DNA of 64,000 bases, taken from positions 310,001 through 374,000 of the forward strand of contig NIVC01000099.1 in assembly GCA_002269645.1 (NCBI GenBank), written 5' to 3'. Below are positions 1-11,400 of this stretch, one piece after another; the stretch's first letter is position 1, and every line of letters begins with the position of its first letter. A program made the translations under genes and the position numbers. The DNA comes from Macrostomum lignano. Its lineage: Eukaryota. The notes beneath the pieces were generated by a model. That model made no database searches. It was given only the letters and a program-made list of their open reading frames with translations, and was not told where the DNA came from.

Positions 1-294
1 GCCAACCCGTTCCATCCGCTTCCGGTTTAGATTGGCCAGCCAACCCGTTCCATCCGCTAGCCAACCCGTTCCATCCGCTTCCGGTTTAGATTGGCCAGCC
101 AACCCGTTCCATCCGCTTGCGGTTTAGATTGGCCAGCCAACCCGTTCCATCCGCTAGCCAACCCGTTCCATCCGCTAGCCAACCCGTTCCATCCGCTAGC
201 CAACCCGTTCCATCCGCTAGCCAACCCGTTCCATCCGCTTCCGGTTTAGATTGGCCAGCCAACCCGTTCCATTCGCTTCCGGTTTAGATTGGCA
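1..294. repeat. Tandem minisatellite mixing 21-bp (GCCAACCCGTTCCATCCGCTA) and 38-bp units
   Basis: Units read directly; array runs off the window start. Confidence 0.95.
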
Positions 295-350
295 TAAAAT
301 TTTCTATTCGCCACATGTTTGTCTTGTACTGTTATTTCCATTCTGAGCAG

Positions 351-490
351 ACCCCGGTCAGCAGGAGCAGCGGTCGACCAACCATCACGCTCGCCCAGGC
401 AGGCAGCCGCATCTCCAGGTCCCGTCGGCTTCGCTTTTTCCCGGTCCGAACTGCGTTGGAGAGAACAGAGACTCGCCTGTCCTGCGGCAG
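351..490 (+). CDS. Possible internal exon upstream of the BED-finger exon (PGQQEQRSTNHH...PVLRQ)
   Basis: GAGCAG acceptor at 350 and CAG|GTTGGT donor at 491; ends in phase 0, matching the phase-0 acceptor at 1620; no homology evidence. Confidence 0.3.
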
Positions 491-537
491 GTTGGTGGCA
501 CTTGATTTTGCTTTTTCAGTTATCAGCGAGCAACAGA

Positions 538-910
538 TACAGCTGGGCAGCCCCCTCCCAGATCCTCAGTTGCTGGGCAGCCCCCTCCCAGATCCTCAGT
601 TGCTGGGCAGCCACCCTCCCAGATCCTCAGTTGCTGGGCAGCCACCCTCCCAGATCTTCAGTTGCTGGGCAGCCACCCTCCCAGATCCCCAATTGCTGGG
701 CAGCCGCCTCCCAGATCCCCAGTTGCTGGGCAGCCCCCTCCCAGATCCTCAGTTGCTGGGCAGCCACCCTCTCAGATCCTCAGTTGCTGAGCAGCCACCC
801 TCCCAGATCCCCAGTTGCTGGGCAGCCCCCTCCCAGATCCTCAGTTGCTGAGCAGCCCCCTCCCAGATCCCCAGTTGCCGGGCAGCCACCCTCCCAGATC
901 CCCAGTTGCT
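538..910. repeat. 30-bp minisatellite CAGTTGCTGGGCAGCCCCCTCCCAGATCCT (about 12 copies)
   Basis: Read directly; same family as 32646-33035. Confidence 0.95.
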
Positions 911-1619
911 ACGTAATTGAATAGTCGCTCGCAATTCTTAGAAACCGACTGGCAGGGAAAATCTGGGCGATTTTCTTTTGTTTGCAGGATTTTTGCTTTC
1001 TTGAAGATTTAGCTTGCATTAAAAATCAGCTGCGTCCCAAATTTACTTTCACCCTGACGCCCGATCGCCTTTTCTGTCGCCGCCTCTGCGCAGGGTAAAC
1101 CTTGCATTTCTCCCACAAATATGATTAAGCCTGGGTAATAAATAAATCCTGCTTATCTGCGCCTATTCAAATACTGTAAAGAATTAATTGGCTTATTTGC
1201 CTGGATTGGCTCTGAGAGACAGTAGGTGGCTTTTGACTCCAGCTCGCACCTGCTCCCTAACTCCGTGCTTCGGAGCGATGGCCCAGTCCCAGTCGCAGTG
1301 CCTCTCTGCCGAATCAATGTTTAGTTTATAGCTTTTTGCCTTTTCTACCGCTTCGGATTCTAGTACTAAGATTTTCTACATTATTTGAAGCTATTTCAAC
1401 GCAACAAAGTAGCTGGGGTCCTTTAGAGCGCTTTTGATCTTAGACATTCGCTTTGCTATAAGTTCGTAGAGGGTTTAGGCCTGCCCTGCCGCAAATCAAG
1501 ACGGACTTCACGCACGCGGATGCCTCACTCGTTTGACGGTTGAATGAGCCTTCAAGCGATCTAGCACAAGTTCAAGGTTCAATTTACAAGCTGACGCTCT
1601 TGAACTGCTTTTCCGTTAG

Positions 1620-2162
1620 GCTCCACCAGCCTCTGCTCCCGTCGCCAAGCGGATGAAGCTGGAGCCGATTCATCGCCAATCGCCAGATCAGCCGACGCCC
1701 TCAAGCGACATCTTCGATGTCACCGACGACTCCACGTCGCTGATGCCGACTATCGTATCACCGCCGGCGCCGCTGTCTGCGTCTTCTTTGAGTTTCCTAA
1801 CCGCACCCCGCGGCGCCGGCGCCAACTCGCTGATGACGGCTGGCGGCGGCGGTTCCGCGGGTCGGCCGTCGCTGCAGCCTCTCGGCGCCCGCCTGGCGGA
1901 GCTCGGCGGTGAGCTGCTGGAGGACCAGCCGCCCTATAGCACCCGCTGCACCTATTGCAGCCGGGTGGTCCGTCTGAGCAGCCGGAGCTGCACGAACTTC
2001 AAAATCCACAGGCAGCGATGCCAGGAGCACATCGCATCCACCGCCTCCAACAGTGCCACAGTCGGCGGGGGCGGCAGCGACCGCGGCTGGCTGCCTCCTG
2101 CGACACCTGTAGAGAGTGGCGAGAACAGCTCCAGGGATGCAGATGTAGTCAGCGAGGACTGA
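1620..2162 (+). CDS. Terminal exon of a protein with a BED-type zinc finger
   Basis: TTCCGTTAG acceptor at 1619, then open frame APPASAPVAKRMKLEP (NLS-like) to TGA 2160-2162; contains RCTYC-x10-TNFKIHRQRC, matching BED CxxC...TSNLxxHxxxC. Confidence 0.65.
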   Translation, partial: APPASAPVAKRMKLEPIHRQSPDQPTPSSDIFDVTDDSTSLMPTIVSPPAPLSASSLSFLTAPRGAGANSLMTAGGGGSAGRPSLQPLGARLAELGGELLEDQPPYSTRCTYCSRVVRLSSRSCTNFKIHRQRCQEHIASTASNSATVGGGGSDRGWLPPATPVESGENSSRDADVVSED

Positions 2163-3589
2163 CTGACTGGCTGACTGCTTGGAATTCTTACCAGAAGTTA
2201 TATTAGTAATGTTTTTCAACATTTTAATGATTTTGTATTGATGTAATTAAAAATGCTTTTTACAACACACAATTTCTGCTGCGTCCGACACTGCACAGGT
2301 CTTACATGTATTCAATAAATAGCTTCACTGTCTACAGCAATTTATTATCTACCACAGTGGTTCGACAAAGAATCTAAAATCGCTTGCACATGTTCTGCTT
2401 TTGTTTTTCTGCTTTCTGAGTAACTTGCCCAATAAGTGCTGAGATGGTTCATGGCCACAGAGATGCAAATCTGTGCGATTTAACGGTGGGCTCAAATTTC
2501 GCGTGCACTGTTCTCATATTTTAATTTGCTTAACAGTGCTCACAATGACCATATTAGTATTACTGCAGCAAGCCGACATGCTCTGGAATCAGACCCGTCT
2601 CGAACTGCTAGTCACTTGAGCTTCTATTTTACCTGCTTAAACGGTCGTTGCAGTTTTATACAGCTAATTATACTGTACAGTTCAATGCGACTCGAGTGTG
2701 TGAGGTTTGCTTGCGCATGTAGCATCGGATTTTCCGCTACTTGCTAAACATAAAGCTCATACGACTGTTGTCTTCAGTTTATTTTATGCCAAATAGGCAC
2801 CATGAATCTAATGCAAGAATTATAAAGCTTTTTGATTATAAAATTAGGATTCTATGTGAATTCTATATCCTACGTACAATCGGACATTTCGTAACTGTGC
2901 CTAAAAATCATAAAAATGGTATACAGCTCGACTCATTGGTTAATGTATCTTTTTAGCAAAAACTGTGTAACGGAAGGATAAAAGAAGATTCGTATAGTGA
3001 TTCAAGTTGCTGCCTTTTTTCTTAGGCGTAGGAGACAGGACTTTAGGCACAAATCAGCCCTTCACTTCTGGTACTAGATTTATATCTCATATGTTTAACG
3101 GTACGAGTCGTAACGAAGTCAAGGCAACGAAGCAAATTCTGCTTCTACTCGTAAGTAGTAGAAAATATCTGCTTCAGAATTTATTCTTAGTTTTAAATTA
3201 AGATAGATGTGCAGTTCTACAATGTGGCGTACGGGAGACGCTGGTTAGTATAAATAAACTTCTGTGTATTGCATTTGCAAGCCTATCTTGCGGAGAATCT
3301 AAGTAACTTATATTTCATATACCGTACAGGTCTATCATTATATCATATACTGTATATAGTTAATATATTTGATTAACAACATGTACCTATATCAAGTCTC
3401 TAGCTTGGCTTGGCTCTGCTGCTCCTACATTATAAGTGCAAAGGCATCCGATTGACTGCAAATTTAGATTTTCAATGTTCTCGTAACTAGTCAAAGTGCT
3501 AGGCTACTAACAGTAGCTTCGCTCTACCAAATCCGGGTAATCTAGGCTTTATCTCTGTTTCTTCAGCCGTGCATCTGGCCGCCTGATTC

Positions 3590-4864
3590 TCATCGCACTG
3601 TTGACATGGCAACGCTCTGTGTCACCGCCTGACTCGAGCTGTCCACTCGCCTTCGAAGGCAGGGCAAATAGAAAAAGTAGAAGTTCGGCTGCAGTCCTGT
3701 GTGGAATATCCAGTTCACCAGCGAGTTGGCCTTGGTCAAGTCCCAGAAGAAATTGTCTATGACTGTGGCTGCAATGAAGATGTCCGGTTAGTTCAATATA
3801 TAATGTACTAGCCAAGTTTACGTTAGTTGAACATAGAGGATAAGCCAAGTTTATGTTAGTTCAATATAGTGGATAAGCCAAGTTTAAGGTTCAAGCCAAT
3901 ACATTGTTATATACTACTCACAATCAAAGTAGCGTTTAGCAAGATCCTTTTTGTACGAAAAGGCCGGAGTGTACACTCCCAGGCGAAGAACATCACCGGG
4001 CACGCCCAGCACGAACTGCAAGCAGCTCATAGTAGCCAGAATCGCGGTGATTTTTATCTCTCCAGATTTCTTCGAGCTCGCAGTCTGATCGCCGTTGCTT
4101 GTCATTTCACTGCGGCTCTTGCTGGCTTTGAACAGGTTTATCGCGAGGCCCACAGAGGTCAGCAGGCACACAAAGTAGACTGTGAACGTGGTGACGGGCT
4201 TTACGAATCGAAGAATGTCCCATATCCACTGTGGCCAGCTGCCGTCAGGGATGCAGAACAAATCTGCATATGCCTTGCAACATCTGGCCGGTACCACCAC
4301 ACTGTCGTTTTCTATTTGTTTGTTTGATTTCAGGTGATAGCTGCTGCTGTCTCCAATAGTGATGAGCATAGAAAGAAGCACAGCAACCAAGATCAGCGAG
4401 TTGTTCCGTTTGTTGGTCAGTACAGTCTTGGCCTTGAGTGGGAATGCAACTGTAAACCATCTGCAGCAACAGGAGAATGTCAAGCTGATACCTGACAAAA
4501 ACATAGGAAAGTACAAGACAGCGTAGGTAAACTTGCACTTGAACAGAATCAGACCGTAACTAGCATCACTGCCTACATTGTAGTCGTGACTTCCTATAAA
4601 TTTCCTGATATCTTCCTGTTGCGGAAGACTCCTGAGCCTCGCATTGAACAGCTCAAAGACCCAGTTAAAACAGGTGATTGAATCGGCAAAACAGACCAGC
4701 AGTAGCCAGTTGAGAACTTTCTTGCTGTAAGGCTTTCGCATCAGCAGGTAGATGAACGACAATATAGTAGCCACGTTGTTGACCGTGTAGAAAACTGTGA
4801 GAAACACTCCTATGATATTTTCTGTTTGTTTCAGTTCGTCGAATAGTCGATCCAACCAGCTCAT
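3590..4864 (-). CDS. Orphan rhodopsin-like (class A) GPCR, 373 aa; exons 4864-3922 and 3768-3590
   Basis: Exon 1 holds TM1-6 (CRWFTVAFP at the DRY position). GTGAGT donor at 3921, CTAAC branch point and TTGCAG acceptor at 3769. Exon 2 supplies TM7 (NSLVNWIFH) and the tail. Total 1122 nt is in frame. Confidence 0.88.
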
Positions 4865-5071
4865 TTCTTTGTCTTTGAGCTGAAACTGTGAGGCTTCAAA
4901 GTTGAAAAATGGTCAGTTGTCTTATAAAGGGAGTTGGTTTCGCCTACTCACTTGCTGCAGACTCCAAGCTTGTCAGTTGTTGCCTTCAATTCGAGCTCAT
5001 CTTCCCTTCGCTGTATATATAATCACTGATCACTTTCCGTTTGACCGAACTAAAACAGGAATTATGTTGAA

Positions 5072-5293
5072 AATTTGCGAGCTCCTCCCAAAATCAATTT
5101 GTTCCGATAATTTGTCACTACTACACTGCACAGACACTGATCACGGATGAGTTGCTGCGACCCAGCGGTGCACCGAGGTGGAAGGTGCGAACTGGCAGAA
5201 ACAGTGGGAAATAAGAAGAAATTTATAACGGCTCATTGCGCGCGAATTCCCGATAAATCAGCGATATCGTTTTTATGCCGAATCGGTTCTAAC
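5072..5293 (+). repeat. About 220-bp dispersed repeat, inverted homologue of 12926-13146
   Basis: Manual reverse-complement alignment, e.g. ATTTATAACGGCTCATTGCGCGCGAAT versus ATTCGCGCGCAATGAGCCGTTATAAAT. Confidence 0.9.
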
Positions 5294-5800
5294 TGGTCTT
5301 AAAAGCAACGCCGCGCCCAAGTTTTGGGCGTGTCCCAGTGACTGAATTGGTGCGCCATCATATTGTGGCTTGGCTGTGGCTCTAAAGCTTAGAAAAATGA
5401 CAGCTTTAGTCGCTGGTAGGAACACCAAAGGCGGTGAGACACGCCCTAAAGACGTAAATAGTTTGTCAATAGCTAGCGTTGTTGTTCTCCATGGGCTTAC
5501 TTCCTTGTTCAGAGAAGATTTTGTCCACGATGCCAATTTTAAGCGCTAGAAATTGATTTTAAGATCAAGGAGCAATACCAAGGACGTCTCATCATTAAAA
5601 AGCTGTGCGTGAAAACTCTTCTAAAAAGCGCTGCGTAGATATGGTATTCTTTTAGTGTCTACTTTGCCTGTAATGGTGGACTCAGCACGCCTGTTAGTAT
5701 GAGACAGACCAGGCTTACGAGCTAAGGTCTGCGATCCTACACACCTGCACCCCCTCTTTTCTGGTGCAGGAATGACAGGAGAGCTCTCTCTAAGCTGACT

Positions 5801-5870
5801 CACAAGCCGACCTAGGGGTTTACGTCCCGCATGTGTTTAAGGCAGCTCTAGGGCTGCTGAACTGACTGGG
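5801..5870 (+). ncRNA. Candidate HDV-like self-cleaving ribozyme at the 5' end of the LINE
   Basis: P1 CACAAGC/GCATGTG (one A-A mismatch), P2 CCTAG/CTGGG, P3 GGG/CCC, L3 TTTACGT, P4 GGCAGCT/GGCTGCT, J4/2 containing CTGA (CNRA); elements in HDV order. Confidence 0.6.
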
Positions 5871-6418
5871 CTCCGGCGGCGGCAACCCATCCGTGGCCTT
5901 TTGGCCAAGTTGGGTACGGGCTCCGCCCGGAAGTGAACCTGTGCGTATCAGGTACCTCTGGCCACGGCTCTGAGAAACAGGTACGAGCGTATCACCCTCT
6001 GACCTTAATAGGGTATGCGGCCAGTCCGCAGGCTCCGAGGACAGCCTCTTTTCCCCCTCAAGGGCCCAGTGTAGTACCGCGCTGATGGTCCTTTGGTTCG
6101 GCCTCTGGTTTTCTCCAAGCCGGGCTCTTAGCCGGGGAGTTTCTCGGTTGCTAGCGGTCGGGCCGGTAAGGACTTAAGCCACCCCCGGTCGCTATCTCTT
6201 GGCCTGGCTGTTGGGTTTGGGGTTACGGCCCAGCGACTTCTCACCTCTAGTCCCCAATCGCCTTTCAGCGACTCATAGAGTATTCATTTACCTCCGACAC
6301 GTCCGAAGCTGCTGGAGCACCAACCGAGGTTGGTACCGCGGCCCAGCCGGACATTCACAACACTGGAACCCCCGGTGCCTCTCAGTCAGCCCCTGCCGCC
6401 GCTCAGGACAATACCGGA

Positions 6419-7687
6419 GTGGCTGGACAACAGGACAGCGGACCTCAGACTTCTAAAAAGAAGGCCCGTAGCATTGCTCGCTACAAAGCTTTTCTCCAGC
6501 GCAAAGCGGAGGAACGGAGGAGCGCGAAAGCTGCCCCTCCGGCCGCCGCCGTAGAGGGTGCCGGTAACTCTACGAATCCCGCGGAGGAGCCGACATCCGA
6601 CAAGGGGGTGGACCCCGCGCGCCGGTCAGAAGCGTCAGGTGCCGCCGAAGATTCTGGTGCGGCTGGCCCCTCCCGTGACGGGACCTCTGCCCGTGTGGAA
6701 GCTCCCACGGCCGTGGAAGGATCCAAAGCGGGGGGTGCTGGCCAAACCACCAAGCCGAAGCGCACCTATGCGGCTATAGCCAAGAGGCAGCCGGCCCTGA
6801 TTATCCAAGGCCAGAAGACGTCTCTTACGGCCGAACAGCTCGACCTCTAGCACAGTTTGGACTCCCACCTGGTCAAGATGGCCTTGAGCGGTACCGCTAT
6901 TCAAGTCCAAAAGACGAAAGTCGAGGACCAAGCCCTCCATATCCAGCCCGCCGATAGCCAGTCAGGGCAACAGCTCCTCGAGATGCTAAAAGCCTTCGAC
7001 TGGGGTACGGAGCTGGAAAACCTGTATATCTACAGGGAGGACGAGCGACCCCGGACACACCGGCACCGTGCCTGGATTCCGGCTCGCAGCTCCATCACCA
7101 AGGCCCACGAGCTGCGTCGCCTGCTAGTGGCTACCAACCCGGAGCTACCGGCAAACGGTGTCGTAGTTCACGAGACCATCTCCAAGCCGGGCGGAGCCAG
7201 TTTCACGGCTATTCTTGGACTGTCGGATAGCTGGATGCTCCGCTATCCGGACATGTCCCTCATCTCTGTCGGGCTGATGCAGATTCAGCTCTTTAGCTTT
7301 GAGTCTGACACAACCCGTCCACCGCCCCCGGAGAAGCGTAAGCGGGCGAGCGGGGGCTCTGCCGGGCGGAAACGCCCAGGAAAAGAAGCTCCCGTTCGTT
7401 CCGACACCTCCGAGGACGTGGACCCCGTCAGGGGGAAAGCCGCGAAAGCTGCAGCAACAGGCGGACGTGGAAAGGGCCGGAAACCCGCCCGCAACACTAT
7501 CCGCTCTGGACTGACTCAGCGCGCGAAGCAGCTGCTGGACACCGCCAGGGCCCACAACCGCAGCAACCCCCAGCCCTGTGTCACCACTGCGGCCCCTCCG
7601 GAAAACCGGGCCGAGAGCGAGAATGCCGCCCAGGTGGAGGCCCGCCCTCGACCATGGAGACCATCTGGGAGGAGCCCATGGAGCTGA
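6419..7687 (+). pseudogene. LINE ORF1 with an in-frame TAG at 6848-6850
   Basis: ORFs 6419-6850 and 6857-7687 share a frame. Basic N-terminus and an HRAWIP motif like LOA-type ORF1 (DUF4780; recalled, not searched). Confidence 0.7.
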
Positions 7688-7779
7688 AGCCTGGAGCTAT
7701 CGGCGAGGCAGAAGAGGCAGCTCTCCTGCAAAACTCGCCTTGAGCCGGCAGGAAGCTGCGCGGACCACTTGTGGAATCC

Positions 7780-10390
7780 CCGGAGTGGACATCCTGCAGC
7801 TTTACTTGCACCACTGCATCGCGGCCTCGACCAACCTGATGCAGGTGGCAAACTTCGTGAAACCGAGCATTATCCCACTCCAGGAACCCTCTACGAAGAA
7901 AGGTAAGATTCCGAATATTCCTGCTGGTTTTGACTGTTTTCAGGACCCCCAAATGGGGCAGTCATGTTCGTGTCTACCCATCTCAAAGCTTGGCACGGAA
8001 CGGACCTCTCTGATAGAGACCTCTGTGTCATTCAGTCCAACCACATAATCACCACCCGCACGGTCATCATCGCCTCGATGGCCCCGCGGTTCCACCCAAC
8101 CTCACCTCCCTCGTGGACTACTGCTCTAACCGCAGGTTCGAGCTGCTGGTGGCGGGCGACGTCAACGCCCACCACACCCATTGGGGCAGTAACCTCCAAT
8201 AGCAGAGGCAAGGAACTCCTTGCTTACATCTGCACCACCAACACTAAGTTTTGCAACATTGGTGGAACCCCCACCTTTGACAACGGGCGATGGATGGAGG
8301 CCCTCGACGTAACCCTCGTCTCCCATGGTTTAGCTCCTCTGGTCAAGGACTGAGAGGTGTGGGACGAAGAAGAGTCTCTGTCTGACCATCGCTTCGTTCA
8401 TTTTCGATTGCAATCCTCTTGCCCCAAGCCTAACATCCTGTGGAAAAGGAACGTCCGGAACACTGACTGGACGGCTTTCACGAAAACCCTGAAATGCCAG
8501 ACAGATCAGCTGACTACCGCAGCTCCATCCACCGACGCTCCACCATCTGTCAGGAAGTGGATGACCTTGCAGACTTGCTCAGCAAGACCGTCCTGACAGC
8601 CCATGAGGCTTCCTGTCCTCTTAAAGGCTACAAAGGCAAAAAGACCGCTCCCTGGTGGCACCCGGCGCTTGGATCCCTCCAGCGCAAGGCAAAGTGCCTC
8701 CAACGGAAAGCTCGCAAGAGCAAGGACCCAGCTGACCTAGCCGCCTATCAAGACGCGCGATCCGCGACTTTTAGTGTGAAACCAGGAAAGCCAAGTCCGA
8801 CAAATGGCGCCAATACTGCGCGGAGTTAGAAGGCACCCGCCCTACTTCACGCGTGGTTAAGGCTCTCACCGTCGACAAAATGTCAAAGCTCTCAATCATT
8901 AAAAGACCGGACGGCCGGCTCGCTGAGAACCCTGGGGAATCGCTGGACATCATGCTCACCAGCTCTTTCTCACGTGCCGCACCGCAGCTAGGCCCACCGG
9001 ACCACTCTCCGGGCGGACAGATCCTGGCTTCGACCATCATTACTAGAGAGAGGACGGCTGGCGCCACAAAATCCTTCTCTCCTTTCAAGTCACCGGGACC
9101 TGACAACATTTATCCTGCCTTCCTCCATGAGGCAGTTAAAAATGACAGGTTTCTTGGTCTCCTCTGCAACCTCTTCACGTGCCAAAAGCCTGGCAAGAGG
9201 CCACGGTGGTCTTCATACCCAAACCAGGAAAGGGAGACTATCATTCTGCCAATGCTTACCGCCCAATCAGTCTGACATCTTTCTTCCTCAAACTGATGGA
9301 ACGGCTGGTGCTCTGGCGCCTTCTCCTCGTTGAGCTGAGGAACTCCCCGCTCTCCCCTAATCAGCACGCCTTTCGTCCTGGACGCTCCATCGAAAGTGCG
9401 CTACACGCCATTGTCGACAAGCTGGAGCGCGCCGTGCTTGGCAGTGGATACGCGCTGTCGCTTTCCCTCGACATTGATGGTGCTTTCAAAATGTGCTCTT
9501 TGAAGCCTTTAAGCGGGCCCTGGAATCCCGGGGCACGCACGAGCACCTTATCCGCTGGATCATGTACCTGGTCTCCCATCGTACTGCCAACGCGCACCTA
9601 TCCTGGGACACTCCTGCTCCGTGGAAGTCCAGAAAGGCAGACCGCAGGATGGAGTCCTCAGCCCGATTCTCTGGAATTTAATCATGGACGAGCTGCTTTG
9701 CAGCGCGCATCCGGACCCAGTTCAGAAGGCCGGCTATGCGGACGATGTTACCGCCACTGTGGCTGGACCATCACCCGCGGTCCTCAGGGACCTCCTCCAA
9801 GCCTTCAGCCACCGTGCCGAGCGCTGGTCATATAGCTGCGGTCTCAGGTTCTCTGAGTCTAAAACCGTGGCTATCATGTTCACCAGCCGCCGAAACTGGA
9901 CTACTGGAGGATCGAACTGCTCTCCCTCTATGGCAAACCTGTTGTCATGGAGAACCGAACAAGATGTCTGGGCGTCACCCTCGACCACAGGTTGAGCTGG
10001 ACCCCGCACGTCCAAACTAAAGCCCGCAAAGCTCTCGCGACTCTCGCGCAGATCCGCAGAGCTTTCGGCGCTACCTGGGACCTCACCCCCGCCGCATCTG
10101 GTGATTTACACTGCCATTGTTAGACCGGCCATCTCCTTCGCCGGCTTCATTTGAAACAGTGCCCTAAAGGTGAAAGGGGTTCTTGAGGTTCTATATAGGG
10201 TGCAAGGCCGCGCTTGTCCAGCATTCATAAGCGCGGCTCCCTCTACGCCCTTCGCTTTTATGAACTCCATCTTGGACATTCCCCCCCTTGACCTCTTTGT
10301 TAGAGGGGAGGCAATGAAAACCACCCGCCGTCTGCTTGACGCGGGTGTCCAAATCCAGAAGCAGTTCGCCTTCAGAAAGCGGAACTGCTC
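7780..10390 (+). pseudogene. LINE ORF2 (apurinic endonuclease plus reverse transcriptase), fragmented
   Basis: Begins near ILQLYLHHCIAAS; APE and RT motifs are spread over several frames. Confidence 0.9.
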
Positions 10391-11334
10391 ATGGGGTGGC
10401 TTGCCAGGAGCTGGTCAATAAGCGCAGCATCGATGGTGCGCCAGGCACTGTCGAGTTGTTCGAAAACGATGACCGCCGGTTGGTCGAGCTTGTTGAACTT
10501 TGAGGCGAGGTTTCGGTGGGGGCGGCCGCTCCTTAAGGCCCAGCTACGCTGATGGCGATTGTTTTTTTGAGGGTAAGGGTCGCTGTGGTTCCTCGCCTCC
10601 CCGAAATTGCCAGCCCGCAGCAGCTCCCTATCGCGTTGCCGCCGTTGCCGCTCATTGCGGCATTGGTTGCGGACATGTCGGGCCTTCGCCGAGGGCGGAG
10701 CGATGGAGTGGCGGATTGGTGACTTACTCGTCGCCGATCTTGAAGATTTTTAGCTCGTAGGCCAGTGTGCGCTGGATCAACATAAGACAATCTGCCAGCG
10801 TCCAAGTCTCCACTTATCTGGAGATCATCTGGAGCTCTTTAGTGAATCTGGACAAACGATCCAGGACTTCCAACTGCTTCTTCTCGCCTATGGATTTTCT
10901 CCAGATCAGGCTTTCCCAGATCATTGGTAAGAGGGATCATCCGAGCCTTGACTAAAATCGGGGATAAAAATGTTGCATGGGGGATGTTCGTCTAGAAAAA
11001 CTAAGAATTTTTTTGGGTAACAGAGAAAATACCAATGAGAACGAAATGCTGAGATACAATTAGCTTTTTCTTTTGGAGTAAGTAGAGCTTTGCTATGATA
11101 TTTATTTGCACAAGTGAAGATGATCAAATCATGGACCGAACAACGTTAAATCTTCAAAATTATCTCAGACTTTTGCAAACCAATTAAATATTATGGAAAC
11201 CGCTAAAATAAGACCATAGAAATCAATTCATAGTAACAAAAAATTTAGACACCGGGAGTCGAGTCTAAAGACTTAGGGACGGGCGCCATATTTATAATAT
11301 GGTTCCTTGGAGGGGCCGAGGAATGCAGGGGGCG

Positions 11335-11400
11335 GCAGGGACCAGAACAGGGACCAGAACAGGGACCAGAACAGGGACCAGGGACACCAAAAGGGACCGA
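11335..11400. repeat. Short 12-bp repeat CAGGGACCAGAA
   Basis: About 4 copies read directly. Confidence 0.8.

Larger units (their letters stand above)
5800..10390 (+). mobile_element. Decayed non-LTR retrotransposon (I group, probably LOA/R1-related) with 5' UTR, ORF1 and APE-RT ORF2; 3' end truncated
   Basis: APE motifs LQEP, GDVNAHHTHWG, PTF, LSDHR; RT motifs KSPGPDNI, YRPISLTSFFLKLMERL, QHAFRPGRS, SLDIDGAF, PQDGVLSPILWN, YADD; many frameshifts and stops. Clade assignment is inference. Confidence 0.92.
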
